A stretch of 45,174 bases of DNA from Tubiluchus corallicola (lineage: Eukaryota; Animalia; Priapulida): contig JAQGDQ010001351.1 in the NCBI GenBank assembly GCA_030141605.1, forward strand, positions 1-45,174. Direction: 5' to 3'. Under the pieces are notes generated by a model. The model was given only the letters and a program-made list of their open reading frames with translations, had not been told where the DNA came from and did no database searches. The translations under genes and the position numbers were made by a program. Each line of letters begins with the position of its first letter. Positions within the stretch are counted from its first letter, which is position 1. Below are positions 34,399 to 45,174 of this stretch, piece by piece.

Positions 34399-35789
34399 AA
34401 AATAATTTCACATGCGACTGTGACATTAGTTGGGTTTTCCACAAACCGTGGAAGCTAGCAGATGATTTTCAATGCCGACAATCAGAAAATGGAAATTACA
34501 AAACAGCTACAAAAGCAGACTTTGACTATTGTTACGATGCAGCAAACCAAACCACTGAGTCATCTACAGAGAGCTCAACCACTGAACCGTCTACAGAGAA
34601 CTCAACCACTGAGTCGTCTACAGAGAACTCAACCATTGAGTCGTCTAGAGTGAGCTCAACCTCTGAGTCGTCTACAGAGAACTCAACCACTGAGTCGTCT
34701 ACAGAGAACTCAACCACTGAGCCATCTACAATGAGCTTAACCTCTGAGTCGTCTACAGTGAGCTCAACCACTGAGTCATCTACAGAGAACTCAACCACTG
34801 AGTCGTCTACAGAGAACTCAACCACTGAGTCGTCTAGAGTGAGCTCAACCTCTGAGTCGTCTACAGTGAACTCAACTACTGAGCTGCCTACAGTGAACTC
34901 AACCACTGAGTCGTCTAGAGTGAGCTCAACCTCTGAGTCGTCTACAGAGAACTCAACCACTGAGTCATCTACAGAGAACTCAACCACTGAGCCGTCTAAA
35001 GAGAACTCAACCACTGAGTCGTCTACAGAGAACTCAACCACTGAGTCGTCTAGAGTGAGCTCAACCTCTGAGTCGTCTACAGAGAACTCAACCCCTGAGT
35101 CATCTAAAGTGAACTTAACCACTGATACAGAGAACTCAACCATTGAGTCGTCTAAAGAGAACTCAACCTCTGAGTCATCTAAAGTGAACTCAACCACTGA
35201 TACAGAGAACTCAACCACTGAGTCGTCTACAGAGAACTCAACCACTGAGCCGTCTACAGAGAACTCAATCACTGATACAGAGCACTCAACCATTGAGTCG
35301 TCTACAGAGAACTCAAACACTGAGCCGTCTAAAGAAAACTCAACCACTGAGTCATCTACAGAGAGCTCAACCACTGAGCCGTCTACAGAGAACTCAACCA
35401 CTGATACAGAGAACTCAACCATTGAGTCGTCTACAGAGAACTCAACCACTGAGTCATCTACAGAGAACTCAACCACTGAGTCGTCTACAGAGAACTCAAC
35501 CACTGATACAGAGAGCTCAACCTCTGAGTCGTCTACTGAGAGCTCAACCACTGATACAGAGAGCTCAACCTCTGAGTCGTCTACAGTGAGCTCAACCACA
35601 GAGCCGTCTACAGTGAGCTCAACTAGTAAGCCATGTACAGTGAGTTCAACCACTAGGCCACCTACAAAGAACTCAATCACTACAACATCAGCTAGCTCTT
35701 CAAGTGAGCTGTATGGCACACAATGTAAACTGAATGAAGTCTTTGCATTAGTATTCTTAGTTTTAGCAAGTCACCTTTTTTACCTGTGA
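34399..35789 (+). CDS. LRR-mucin surface protein, coding exon 2 (LRR-CT, Ser/Thr/Glu stalk, GPI-like hydrophobic tail)
   Basis: Acceptor TTTTTATAG| in phase 1 gives FWENNFTCDCDISW...C...C; 27-bp (ENSTTESST) and 21-bp (ENSTTDT) repeats; ends VFALVFLVLASHLFYL* with no cytoplasmic tail. Confidence 0.9.
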
Positions 35790-37349
35790 AAATGCCAGCA
35801 ATACAGCTATTCTCAGTAAAAAGACATTAGCACCGCCATAGTCATTCAGTAAAAGTGCTACGTGGCTAAAAAGCAGCTACGTTAGAAAGTGATAGTTATG
35901 AATCAATATGATAAATTTAAAGTAATAATTTTGCCTCATCACAACATAGTGAAAGATTCATCCCAGACTGTAAAAGTTCTGACAGTCTTTCCTGCATGTG
36001 ATTTATTCCTTTTTAAATAAACAAAGTGGTTCATTTTGAGAGGGGTGATTTTCTGTGTTAAAAATCTAGAAGTTGAAAAAGGAAGTTAATTTTTGAAAGT
36101 CAACAAAATTCAAGCTAACAAAGAACTGAGGGAAACCCTCATAATTGTTATTACTGTTCTTTTATCCACTGGCCAGTGGCCAAGTATAAGTGCCAGTAAC
36201 TCCATTGCTAAGTGTGTTGCTATAGATAAGAATAGGTAGAAAAACAATTACACTAGTTAGAGATGTAAGTCTTTGCGAAGCAATAAGATGGATCACGTCA
36301 GAGATTAGAAAATGAAGAAGTTGAAGTGATACTAAACTTTTCAGGTTGGTGATTGTGTGTAAAGCAGATAGACGACCGTTTTATATTTATAACATAATAA
36401 TATGCCATAATAATATAACATGATATACACATTCATTATGCATGCACAATAGCCAGCACTGCTGTTAGATGTTGCGTTTGTCAACAGTAATATTATATTG
36501 CAAATAAAATATAAGGGAGAAAATGGTTTGTGTCAGCATTTTCCTCTCCAGATTGCCCCATGTTTGTCTGGATAAATTATTGTTACAATAAATTAATATT
36601 TTATAATGTAAATATAGATTTTGTTTTTAATTTAACGAGGAGAGTTTGCACAGACTGTGTTTGTTTTAAAATAAATATTTGCTTATATCTTAAAAGCAGT
36701 CAACTAGTGGACATGTTTTAGCCACGAGCATGCAGATGCATATCACACTTAGCTAATCTAAGTTTTATTAACGTGACTCTCAATCTTTCAGTCAATTAAT
36801 CTATTTATTTCACTCCAGCAATACATATACAATACATCAACATACAATATTATTGAAACAAAAAGAAACAGTATAGGTAAGAAAACGTTGATGAACTCAA
36901 ATTAACCAATATAAAAGAGTTGCTGTATGACACCTTGAAAGCTTGGCTTGTTAAGGTGGCGCAAATGAGTGAATGAAAAAAAAGTTAGGGTCAGAAGAAG
37001 TGGTAGGAAGGAAAAAAATAGCCAGATTAGGGATAGGAAGAAGGAAAAGAGAAGAAACGACCACAGTGTGTGTTTTATTTACATACACCTATATTAAGAT
37101 AGCATTATAATTGATTGGGGGCCATATATATTGCAACTGCTCTCTTCATACAACTTGGTAAAATATTTCACAATAATTGCTGTATGTAAAGGCAAATCAC
37201 AACGTTATGACACCCTTAGCTGACATATCAGCCTGCACATCTCTCTTACGGATTTATGGCTATCTATATTATGAAGCGCAGTATATTATGAAGTAGTAAT
37301 TTATCAATATTACCTATGTCGTTGTTGTGAATTACATGTATTTACACAA

Positions 37350-38010
37350 TGCTTATATCCAAAGCAGGCTGAACAACTGCTTGTGGTGTACTACCATTTT
37401 TGAATTGAACCTTTGTTTGCTATTATAACACTTATATAAAAACGGCTTCTGAAACTAAGTGAATTATGAAATATGTGCTTTTGATGAAAGAATGTGCATT
37501 TCCTGTGGAGATTTTTTTACACTGGATCCCTAAACCTTTCTGGCGCCCCTCAAAATTTGGTGCCCTAAACTACAGCCTAGTTTGCGTATAGATAGATGCG
37601 CCCTGTAAACAAGTACCACCCTCTACGGTGCTAGCAGGTTAGCTGGGTAACGTCTTATACATGCACAAGGAAATAGTAAATGGTAAAAGAGTTTAATTAT
37701 GAATTTGTCCTCACTAGAAGTTTGTAGTTTCTTAGCCTTGCTACCTGACTCATGTGGCAGTTCACTATTTTAAAGTTATGAAAAGAAAAACATCCTTAGA
37801 ATACAATTTTAGAATTTTTGAACACTTTTTTTAAATGTTGATTTCGTTTTTCATTTTTGCCTGTAAACTTTTTTAATTGCATTGAGTTTGTTGTTAAAAA
37901 TATCGTTCCTTTGAAGTTTTTAATTTTCTTTTCATTTCTGCATTGTGTTTGCTGAATTTGTTGTTTGTTACATTCAAATGCATATCTCTTGCACTGAAAT
38001 GAATTTTTTG
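37350..38010 (+). repeat. Diverged direct repeat, copy 2
   Basis: Collinear with 31280-32197; includes a transposon-like terminus GATGCGCCCTG at 37595-37605. Confidence 0.75.
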
Positions 38011-38790
38011 GTTGAGCGAGGATGATTAATCATGACACGCACATGGCTGAGACACCTCGGCCAGTTCAGTGCCTCATTTTATTGTATTATTCTAATGATA
38101 ATTTCTAAAAATAATTTGTCTGTATTTAACAATCATACAAATGCATCCAATCAGACATAGAGAAAAACTACAGTATGCGCTTAGAAGAACAGTGCATTAA
38201 AAAAGTAAAATTAGGAGAGTTGAACCCAGCACCTAAATGTTGGATAAGTTGGGTCAGTGTAAAAATGTAGTGTGTTTCTAAGTATAATATACTCCTACAA
38301 TATATAAAATAGCTAACAAAACATATGTAAAAGACATCAACAAAAATATATTTACAAAAATCATTAATAACCAAAAATTATATTCATAAAAATAAATTTT
38401 CAAATACTTAACAGTGTAATAAAAATTTGTAAATTGCAATAATGACCTTTTTGGGTCTGTGGTAACAAAAGACGATCAATTTACCCAGCAGTAAACTTAG
38501 ATCAATAAAAAGTTGATGATGATAGGATAATTACTGTGTCAGGTACAGCACCCGATGGCTGATGCAAGTGGAGGACAATTTCTTGTTTTCTGATCTTTGA
38601 ATTATACATTAGAACAGAATAAAACGCTAGCACAATGGTCCACGATACAACACACTATATGACACGTCATAGCACGCAGTAGAACACTACGTGTCAGAAC
38701 TTGACAAAACAGAACACACAACACAGGACAAAACAATACAAGATAACAAAGCAGGATGTAGCACAACACAACAGCTCAACACAACACAAG

Positions 38791-41022
38791 AATAAGAATC
38801 ACCATTCACAGAACAACACAGCAACACAAACTTATCTCGGTTGCAGTAAAACAATAGGAATCACCATTTACAGTACAACACAGCAACACAAACTTATTTC
38901 TGCTGCAGTAAAGCAATAAGAATCACCATTTACAGAACAACACAGCAACACAAACTTATTTCTGTTGCAGTAAAACAATAAGAATCACCATTCACAGAAC
39001 AACACAGCAACACAAACTTATTTCTGCTGCAGTAAAACAATAAGAATCACCATTTACAGAACAACACAGCAACGCAAACTTATTTCTGCTGCAGTAAAAC
39101 AATAAGAATCACCATTTACAGTACAACACAGCAACACAAACTTATTTCTGCTGCAGTAAAACAATAAGAATCACCATTCACAGAACAACACAGCAACACA
39201 AACTTATCTCGGTTGCAGTAAAACAATAGGAATCACCATTTACAGTACAACACAGCAACACAAACTTATTTCTGCTGCAGTAAAACAATAGGAATCACCA
39301 TTTACAGAACAACACAACAATGCAAACTTATTTCTGCTGCAGTAAAGCAATAGGAATCACCATTTACAGAACAACACAACAACACAAACTTATTTCTGCT
39401 GCAGTAAAATAATAGGAATCACCATTTACAGAACAACACAGCAACACAAACTTATTTCTGCTGCAGTAAAACAATAGGAATCACCATTTACAGAACAACA
39501 CAGCAACACAAACTTATTTCTGCTGCAGTAAAACAATAGGAATCACCATTTACAGAACAACACAGCAACGCAAACTTATTTCTGCTGCAGTAAAACAATA
39601 AGAATCACCATTCACAGAACAACACAGCAACACAAACTTATTTCTGCTGCAGTAAAACAATAGGAATCACCATTTACAGTACAACACAGCAACACAAACT
39701 TATTTCTGCTGCAGTAAAACAATAGGAATCACCATTTACAGAACAACACAACAATGCAAACTTATTTCTGCTGCAGTAAAACAATAGGAATCACCATTTA
39801 CAGAACAACACAACAATGCAAACTTATTTCTGCTGCAGTAAAACAATAGGAATCACCATTTACAGAACAACACAACAATGCAAACTTATTTCTGCTGCAG
39901 TAAAACAATAAGAATCACCATTCACAGAACAACACAGCAACACAAACTTATTTCTGCTGCAGTAAAACAATAGGAATCACCATTTACAGTACAACACAGC
40001 AACACAAACTTATTTCTGCTGCAGTAAAACAATAGGAATCACCATTTACAGAACAACACAACAATGCAAACTTATTTCTGCTGCAGTAAAACAATAGGAA
40101 TCACCATTTACAGAACAACACAACAATGCAAACTTATTTCTGCTGCAGTAAAACAATAGGAATCACCATTTACAGAACAACACAGCAACGCAAACTTATT
40201 TCTGTTGCAGTAAAACAATAGGAATCACCATTTACAGAACAACACAGCAATGCAAACTTATTTCTGTTGCAGTAAAACAATAGGAATCACCATTTACAGA
40301 ACAACACAGCAACGCAAACTTATTTCTGTTGCAGTAAAACAATAGGAATCACCATTTACAGAACAACACAGCAACGCAAACTTATTTCTGCTGCAGTAAA
40401 ACAATAAGAATCACCATTTACAGAACAACACAGCAACGCAAACTTATTTCTGTTGCAGTAAAACAATAAGAATCACCATTTACAGAACAACACAGCAACG
40501 CAAACTTATTTCTGTTGCAGTAAAACAATAAGAATCACCATTTACAGAACAACACAGCAACACAAACTTATTTCTGCTGCAGTAAAACAATAAGAATCAC
40601 CATTTACAGAACAACACAGCAACGCAAACTTATTTCTGTTGCAGTAAAACAATAGGAATCACCATTTACAGAACAACACAGCAATGCAAACTTATTTCTG
40701 TTGCAGTAAAACAATAAGAATCACCATTTACAGAACAACACAGCAATGCAAACTTATTTCTGTTGCAGTAAAACAATAAGAATCACCATTTACAGAACAA
40801 CACAGCAATGCAAACTTATTTCTGTTGCAGTAAAACAATAAGAATCACCATTTACAGAACAACACAGCAACGCAAACTTATTTCTGCTGCAGTAAAACAA
40901 TAGGAATCACCATTTACAGAACAACACAGCAACGCAAACTTATTTCTGCTGCAGTAAAACAATAGGAATCACCATTTACAGAACAACACAGCAACGCAAA
41001 CTTATTTCTGTTGCAGTAAAAC
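38791..41022. repeat. 62-bp satellite, about 36 copies
   Basis: Unit AATA(A/G)GAATCACCATTTACAGAACAACACAGCAACACAAACTTATTTCTGCTGCAGTAAAAC. Confidence 0.97.
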
Positions 41023-41086
41023 TTTCACACAAATAAATTCAATTAAAGTCCAAGAAAGTCAATTAACTCTAACGATCTCAGCACTC

Positions 41087-42229
41087 CTAGCTTTCAGAGA
41101 ATTCAGAATCTAGCGTCTGACGTCTTTCTCCGGTCGTCAGATCGACGGGTTCTTCTTCTAGCTGCGTTGGAAACAGTTCCTCTTCCGAGATGGGTGGAGA
41201 TTCCGGTGCGGCTAAAAAAGTAAATCAATTATCAGTATTAACGAATTTGATCTGCGTCAGAGAGGATGCAAAAACTATGATGGAGCACCTCTTTTACCTA
41301 GCTGTAGATGCGGTGCACCTTTTGAAACCATTAATCATTTTCTAATTAGCTGCCCGTTATATCACCAGGCTCAAGATACATTACTAAGCAAAGTCAGTAC
41401 TTTGTTAATTCCTCATAATAGATTTCATAATCTGTCGATAAATGAACATTAGTTTTCCTAATGGTCACCCATCCATTTACAGATTTAGCGTGGCTCAGCT
41501 TCGGTTTCCAAGAAAGCGTCGTGACAACGCAGCTACTAACATTGACTCAAAGCAGAGCAACAGGCTGAAACAAACCAACTAGCACACGTTTCATGTTTGC
41601 ATTGTCAATAATTTTATATTCTGCTTACAAATTTGAATTTTCACCTAAGAAATTAAGTAATCTAACTCACCCCCTGATGCAGCAGATCCAGCCGACATCT
41701 CTGAGGTCCGCCCTAAAAACAGTAAGAATTAATTAAACTGCATATTGTCACAGTGAGAAAAGCGTTCTTAGAAAGTCTATAATTACAAATAAAGAATATG
41801 AAAAAAATAAAATTAACGTATTACGTACCACACACGATAAGACAATTTATATACATCATATAAGACATGAACAGGGCCAGATTATGGCCTTCTAGGCTAA
41901 TGAAATTATGACCCCATTCAGACGGAGCCATACTGTAAGTCACCCACACTTGCCTTGCAGAATTTTTACTCGTGACATATTTCAGCAACATTGACATATC
42001 TTGAAATAAACTCGCTGTAAACTGTTTAAACAAACTATAATAGCTATCTTTTGTTCGTCAATAAAAATATTCTTCGAATAATACCACTATTTTACTATTT
42101 AATGCAAATCAAATTAGCACATATTTCAACACAACCGCAGTGAAAAAACAGATATCTTATCGAAAACGTTAATAAAAAAGAATAAAAAAATTTTATTCTG
42201 CCTTAAAGTCTGAGGTACTGCTATTGCAG

Positions 42230-42272
<43 letters not shown>

Positions 42273-43636
42273 CGTGCATGCGTGTGACGTGCATGTGTGC
42301 ATGCGTGGGCCCTATTTATAAGCTGATATCATACAAAGAAATTTGTTATTTGGGGATACCTCTTGCTTTGGAGAAAACTGAATGGATTTACAGCACTTTG
42401 GCACAAAATGAAAATTCGTGATTCAAAACCTTGATAAGAAGAAAGTCTTGATGTTGAAATCAAATGTGATTATTAAAGGTGTTCAAAATACTATTTTGTC
42501 TCATACGAATTTATTCATTTTACAGTGTTCCCTCACTTATCACGGATGTTCTGTTCCAGGCCCACCCGCGATAAGTGCATTTCCGCGAAGTAGGGACGCT
42601 ATACTTATTTTAGTAGTTATACATTTTAAGACTTGATAAACCCTCCCCACACTCTTAGAATGTTAGAATTAATATTTTTAATATATTTTTATACATTTTG
42701 TGATTTTTTTTATGCAAAATTCATCAAATCTATACATTACTGTACAATACGTACTACGCATGTGCAAAAATACTTTAGACGGAGTGCCGCAAAAACCCGC
42801 GAAACAGCAAGTCTGCGATAAACGAACCGCGAAGTAGTGAGGGAACACAGTATTTAGTAGAAGAAGTAGCAGAGCAAGTTGTGATTTTCTCAAAACCACA
42901 AAATCGCACATATCTCGTTTTGCATCTAACTTCTTCATATATAAGCACATAGGTAAAACTCCAAGTCATCAGACACAGAAGCAAAGCTACATGTACTACA
43001 GTCAATTTCGGGTATAAGGTACTCGCTTGTAAGGGACATTCGCTTTTAAAAGACCACCAAAACCGCTCTCACTTTTTGTAATAATTTTGTGAAGTAATGT
43101 CAAGATGTGAACATTCTCTGATGTGAAGTATCACAGTATGAGTGTTCATTCGGTCCAGCATATAATGAAGGATTATTACTTTACATATTCATATTGTAGA
43201 CGACTCTTTAGCGACATCTCCCAAAAAACATATCTTAAGTATAAGTCGACCCCAAAAATTTTACCTTAAAATGCTTTCCAAAAATTCGATTGGTACATAA
43301 GTACATACAGTATGTCAACAATGCATTATTCGTGTGCAATTGACTAGGATTGTGACATTTAGTTTAAAATGTTCAGTTACATATTAAAGTTAAAAAAAAA
43401 ACAACCAGCTCACTTAATGGAGAATACATACCTTCCTTCTGTCCAAGCTCAGACTCCTTTGGCCCTAAGAGAAAATTTAAATAATTACAATGAGCTATCA
43501 GCAAATCACAAAATATCGTTTATAGACTTAAAGGACAAGAAAATGGCCAACCAAAGTAAGCCTCAGAAAATTCGCAATAAAAAATTATATCACCTAAGTA
43601 TAATCTTAAGCGAACAAAGTACTCACGTTTTCGCAT
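41087..43636 (-). CDS. Candidate small multi-exon gene of unknown function (model: 43636-43627, 43464-43432, 42014-41829, 41712-41671, 41211-41087; 131 aa)
   Basis: Exon-like islands, mostly GC-richer than their flanks, bounded by polypyrimidine-AG and GTGAGT/GTATGT/GTACGT. All junctions are phase 1 and give an open frame ending ...EEEPVDLTTGERRQTLDSEFSES*. Other frames and splice sites are possible. Confidence 0.5.
41280..41475 (+). mobile_element. LINE ORF2 C-terminal zinc-knuckle remnant (CR1/L2 group)
   Basis: Translates as PSCRCGAPFETINHFLISCPLY (CxC...E...HF...CPxY). Confidence 0.65.
42231..42306. repeat. (TG)n microsatellite decaying into TG/CG/CA alternation
   Basis: Read directly from the sequence. 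Confidence 0.95.
42523..42850. mobile_element. Tigger/pogo-like MITE, 328 bp
   Basis: TA-CAGTGTTCCCTCAC ... GTGAGGGAACACAG-TA (one mismatch); subterminal CCGCGA repeats. Confidence 0.85.
42999..43070. mobile_element. One end of a Tc1/pogo-like MITE (same family as 14000-14201)
   Basis: TA-CAGTCAATTTCGGGTATAAGGTACTCGCTTGTAAGGGAC. Confidence 0.6.
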
Positions 43637-43694
43637 TTAGTCCAATTTTTGTAAAATATTTCAACCCCTGCAGTAAACGTTGGCGCAGACATGT

Positions 43695-43900
43695 TTCATT
43701 TAGTCCGTCAATTGAAAAGCCAGCATGTGACTGATCACGTTCATGACGTCACTCGAACACAGTCACAGTGAGTTTTGAGCACGTGTACTATAAAGATTTG
43801 TGTTGTGGTTCTGTGACGCTATCTAATATGGCGCCGCCGTAACAGTCACGCAGGAGTATTTAAAATGAAAACAAACAGGAAATTTTTTTAACGTGAGTAT
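43695..43900. promoter_or_regulatory. Promoter-like motif cluster
   Basis: TGACGTCA (CRE) at about 43744, CACGTG (E-box) at about 43780, and AATATGGCGCCGCC (YY1-like core) at about 43825. It lies just upstream of the candidate - strand gene. Confidence 0.45.
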
Positions 43901-44059
43901 GATCAACGCTTACGATTGCTTCAAATCGTTATAATTGTAACGAAAACTTTCTGAGACTTGCTTTAACCTTTTCTTGTCCTTTAAGCAACATGATGCATAA
44001 GCATTTGTTTATTATGCGGAATAAACTGATTGAATTGAATATATCGCATGCAAGTGCTC

Positions 44060-44490
44060 AGCCTGGTACCTCAACCCACATGACAGATTGCCAAGTCGTA
44101 CTGTCAATCTGTCTTGGTCTAACACAGGATCAACACTGCAGTCCATAGGTCATCATAGGTCAATTGTCAGACCAAGGCTCTTTTATCATTGCTTCTATGG
44201 AAAACGCTCATAGAATTTTTTCTCTGTTATTGCTTCCTAAACACCGACTGCTAATTCGCTGTATTTGTTTTTCCGCTGTTTCTTACAGTCGTACCATGCG
44301 CATACCCAAGAGTTGCCTATAGGTTGTTTTTTTCTTTCGGACCACTTAGCTGCGGAATTCTTTCTCAGAAAAGAATAAACTAGATTTAGACTAATTACGT
44401 CCTCGTTCGTCTCTTCAATTAATTCTTCATTCGCTCATTTTCTGCACTCTCTCAGCCAAACATCATTCCTTGTGCAACAGAGTGACTGTA
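44060..44490 (-). mobile_element. Highly degenerate Gypsy-like pol remnant (pre-integrase region)
   Basis: Stop-interrupted translation EELIEETNEDVISLNLVYSFLRKN..KWSERKKQP..W and HRSNDKRALV*QLTY..L.TAV...C*T..D*Q, resembling the region before and within the HHCC zinc finger. Confidence 0.35.
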
Positions 44491-44768
44491 TGAAGAAATA
44501 AATTACACAGAACTGAGTTAATTGTCAACTTCCTCAAGACTAGCTAGGACCACCTACTTTTTAAGCAGAGATTTCAATAAAGAAGCTGATACAGACGCAG
44601 AGGAAGAGGCAGAGAGATGAATGTTTATATGTATTTGTATCTATGTATATCTATTTGAGTTTATTTCAATTTCTATTTATTTTCTCTACGCTTCTCCTTG
44701 TACATATATTTGCATGGCGAGGATTCATGTGTCAGTTTTAAAAACTGTCTAACCTAAACCATATAAAC

Positions 44769-45174
44769 GATGTTTAACTTAAAAGCAAACACAGAAACTT
44801 ACTCAATGTTTAACTTAAAAGCAAATACAGAAACTTACTCAATGTTTAACTCAAAAGCAAATACAGAAACTTACTCAATGTTTAACTTAAAAAGCAAATA
44901 CAGAAACTTACTCAATGTTTAACTTGAAAGCAAATACAGAAACTTACTCAATGTTTAACTTGAAAGCAAATACAGAAACTTACTCAATGTTTAACTTGAA
45001 AGCAAATACAGAAACTTACTCAATGTTTAACTTGAAAGCAAATACAGAAACTTACTCAATGTTTAACTTAAAAAGCAAATACAGAAACTTACTCAATGTT
45101 TAACTTAAAAAGCAAATACAGAAACTTACTCAATGTTTAACTTGAAAGCAAATACAGAAACTTACTCAATGTTT
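44769..45174. repeat. 36-bp minisatellite, at least 11 copies, running off the window
   Basis: Unit AATGTTTAACTT(G/A)AAAGCAAATACAGAAACTTACTC. Confidence 0.97.

Noticed and set aside
34532-35719. 395-aa antisense ORF (SVVEFSVDD repeats)
   Set aside because: It mirrors the 27-bp mucin repeat, which lacks stops in that frame; it has no independent gene features.
44915-45103. MFNLKANTETYS repeat ORF
   Set aside because: By-product of the 36-bp minisatellite; neighbouring 37-bp units break the frame.

Overview
AT-rich animal (invertebrate-like) genomic DNA with spliceosomal introns. No prokaryotic features, rRNA, tRNA or CRISPR arrays were seen. Four + strand genes are supported. (1) An intact 13-finger C2H2 zinc-finger gene (11516-12907). 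(2) A 3-exon secreted C-type lectin of about 182 aa (16955-22182); it probably uses a GC-AG intron, has an atypical LPD motif, and has a piggyBac-type element 11 bp after its stop codon. (3) A second zinc-finger gene with 19 fingers, broken by two frameshifts and followed by decayed fingers (28676-30733). (4) A 2-exon protein of about 660 aa with signal peptide, LRRs, an N-glycan-sequon-rich mucin stalk and a GPI-like tail (33576-35789), which resembles the VLR/GPIb-alpha layout. A fifth, small multi-exon gene is suggested on the - strand (41087-43692) but its reading frame is not certain. The intergenic and intronic DNA holds a dead RTE LINE and an RTE-related short retroposon sharing one target sequence, several L2/CR1/RTE-X remnants, and Tc1/pogo-, hAT- and piggyBac-type MITEs, some nested. 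There are also five tandem arrays (137, 33, 43/44, 62 and 36 bp units). I found no clearly new system; the LRR-mucin receptor, the serial same-site retrotransposition and the cryptic - strand gene are the best leads. All calls come from reading the sequence; no database searches were run.
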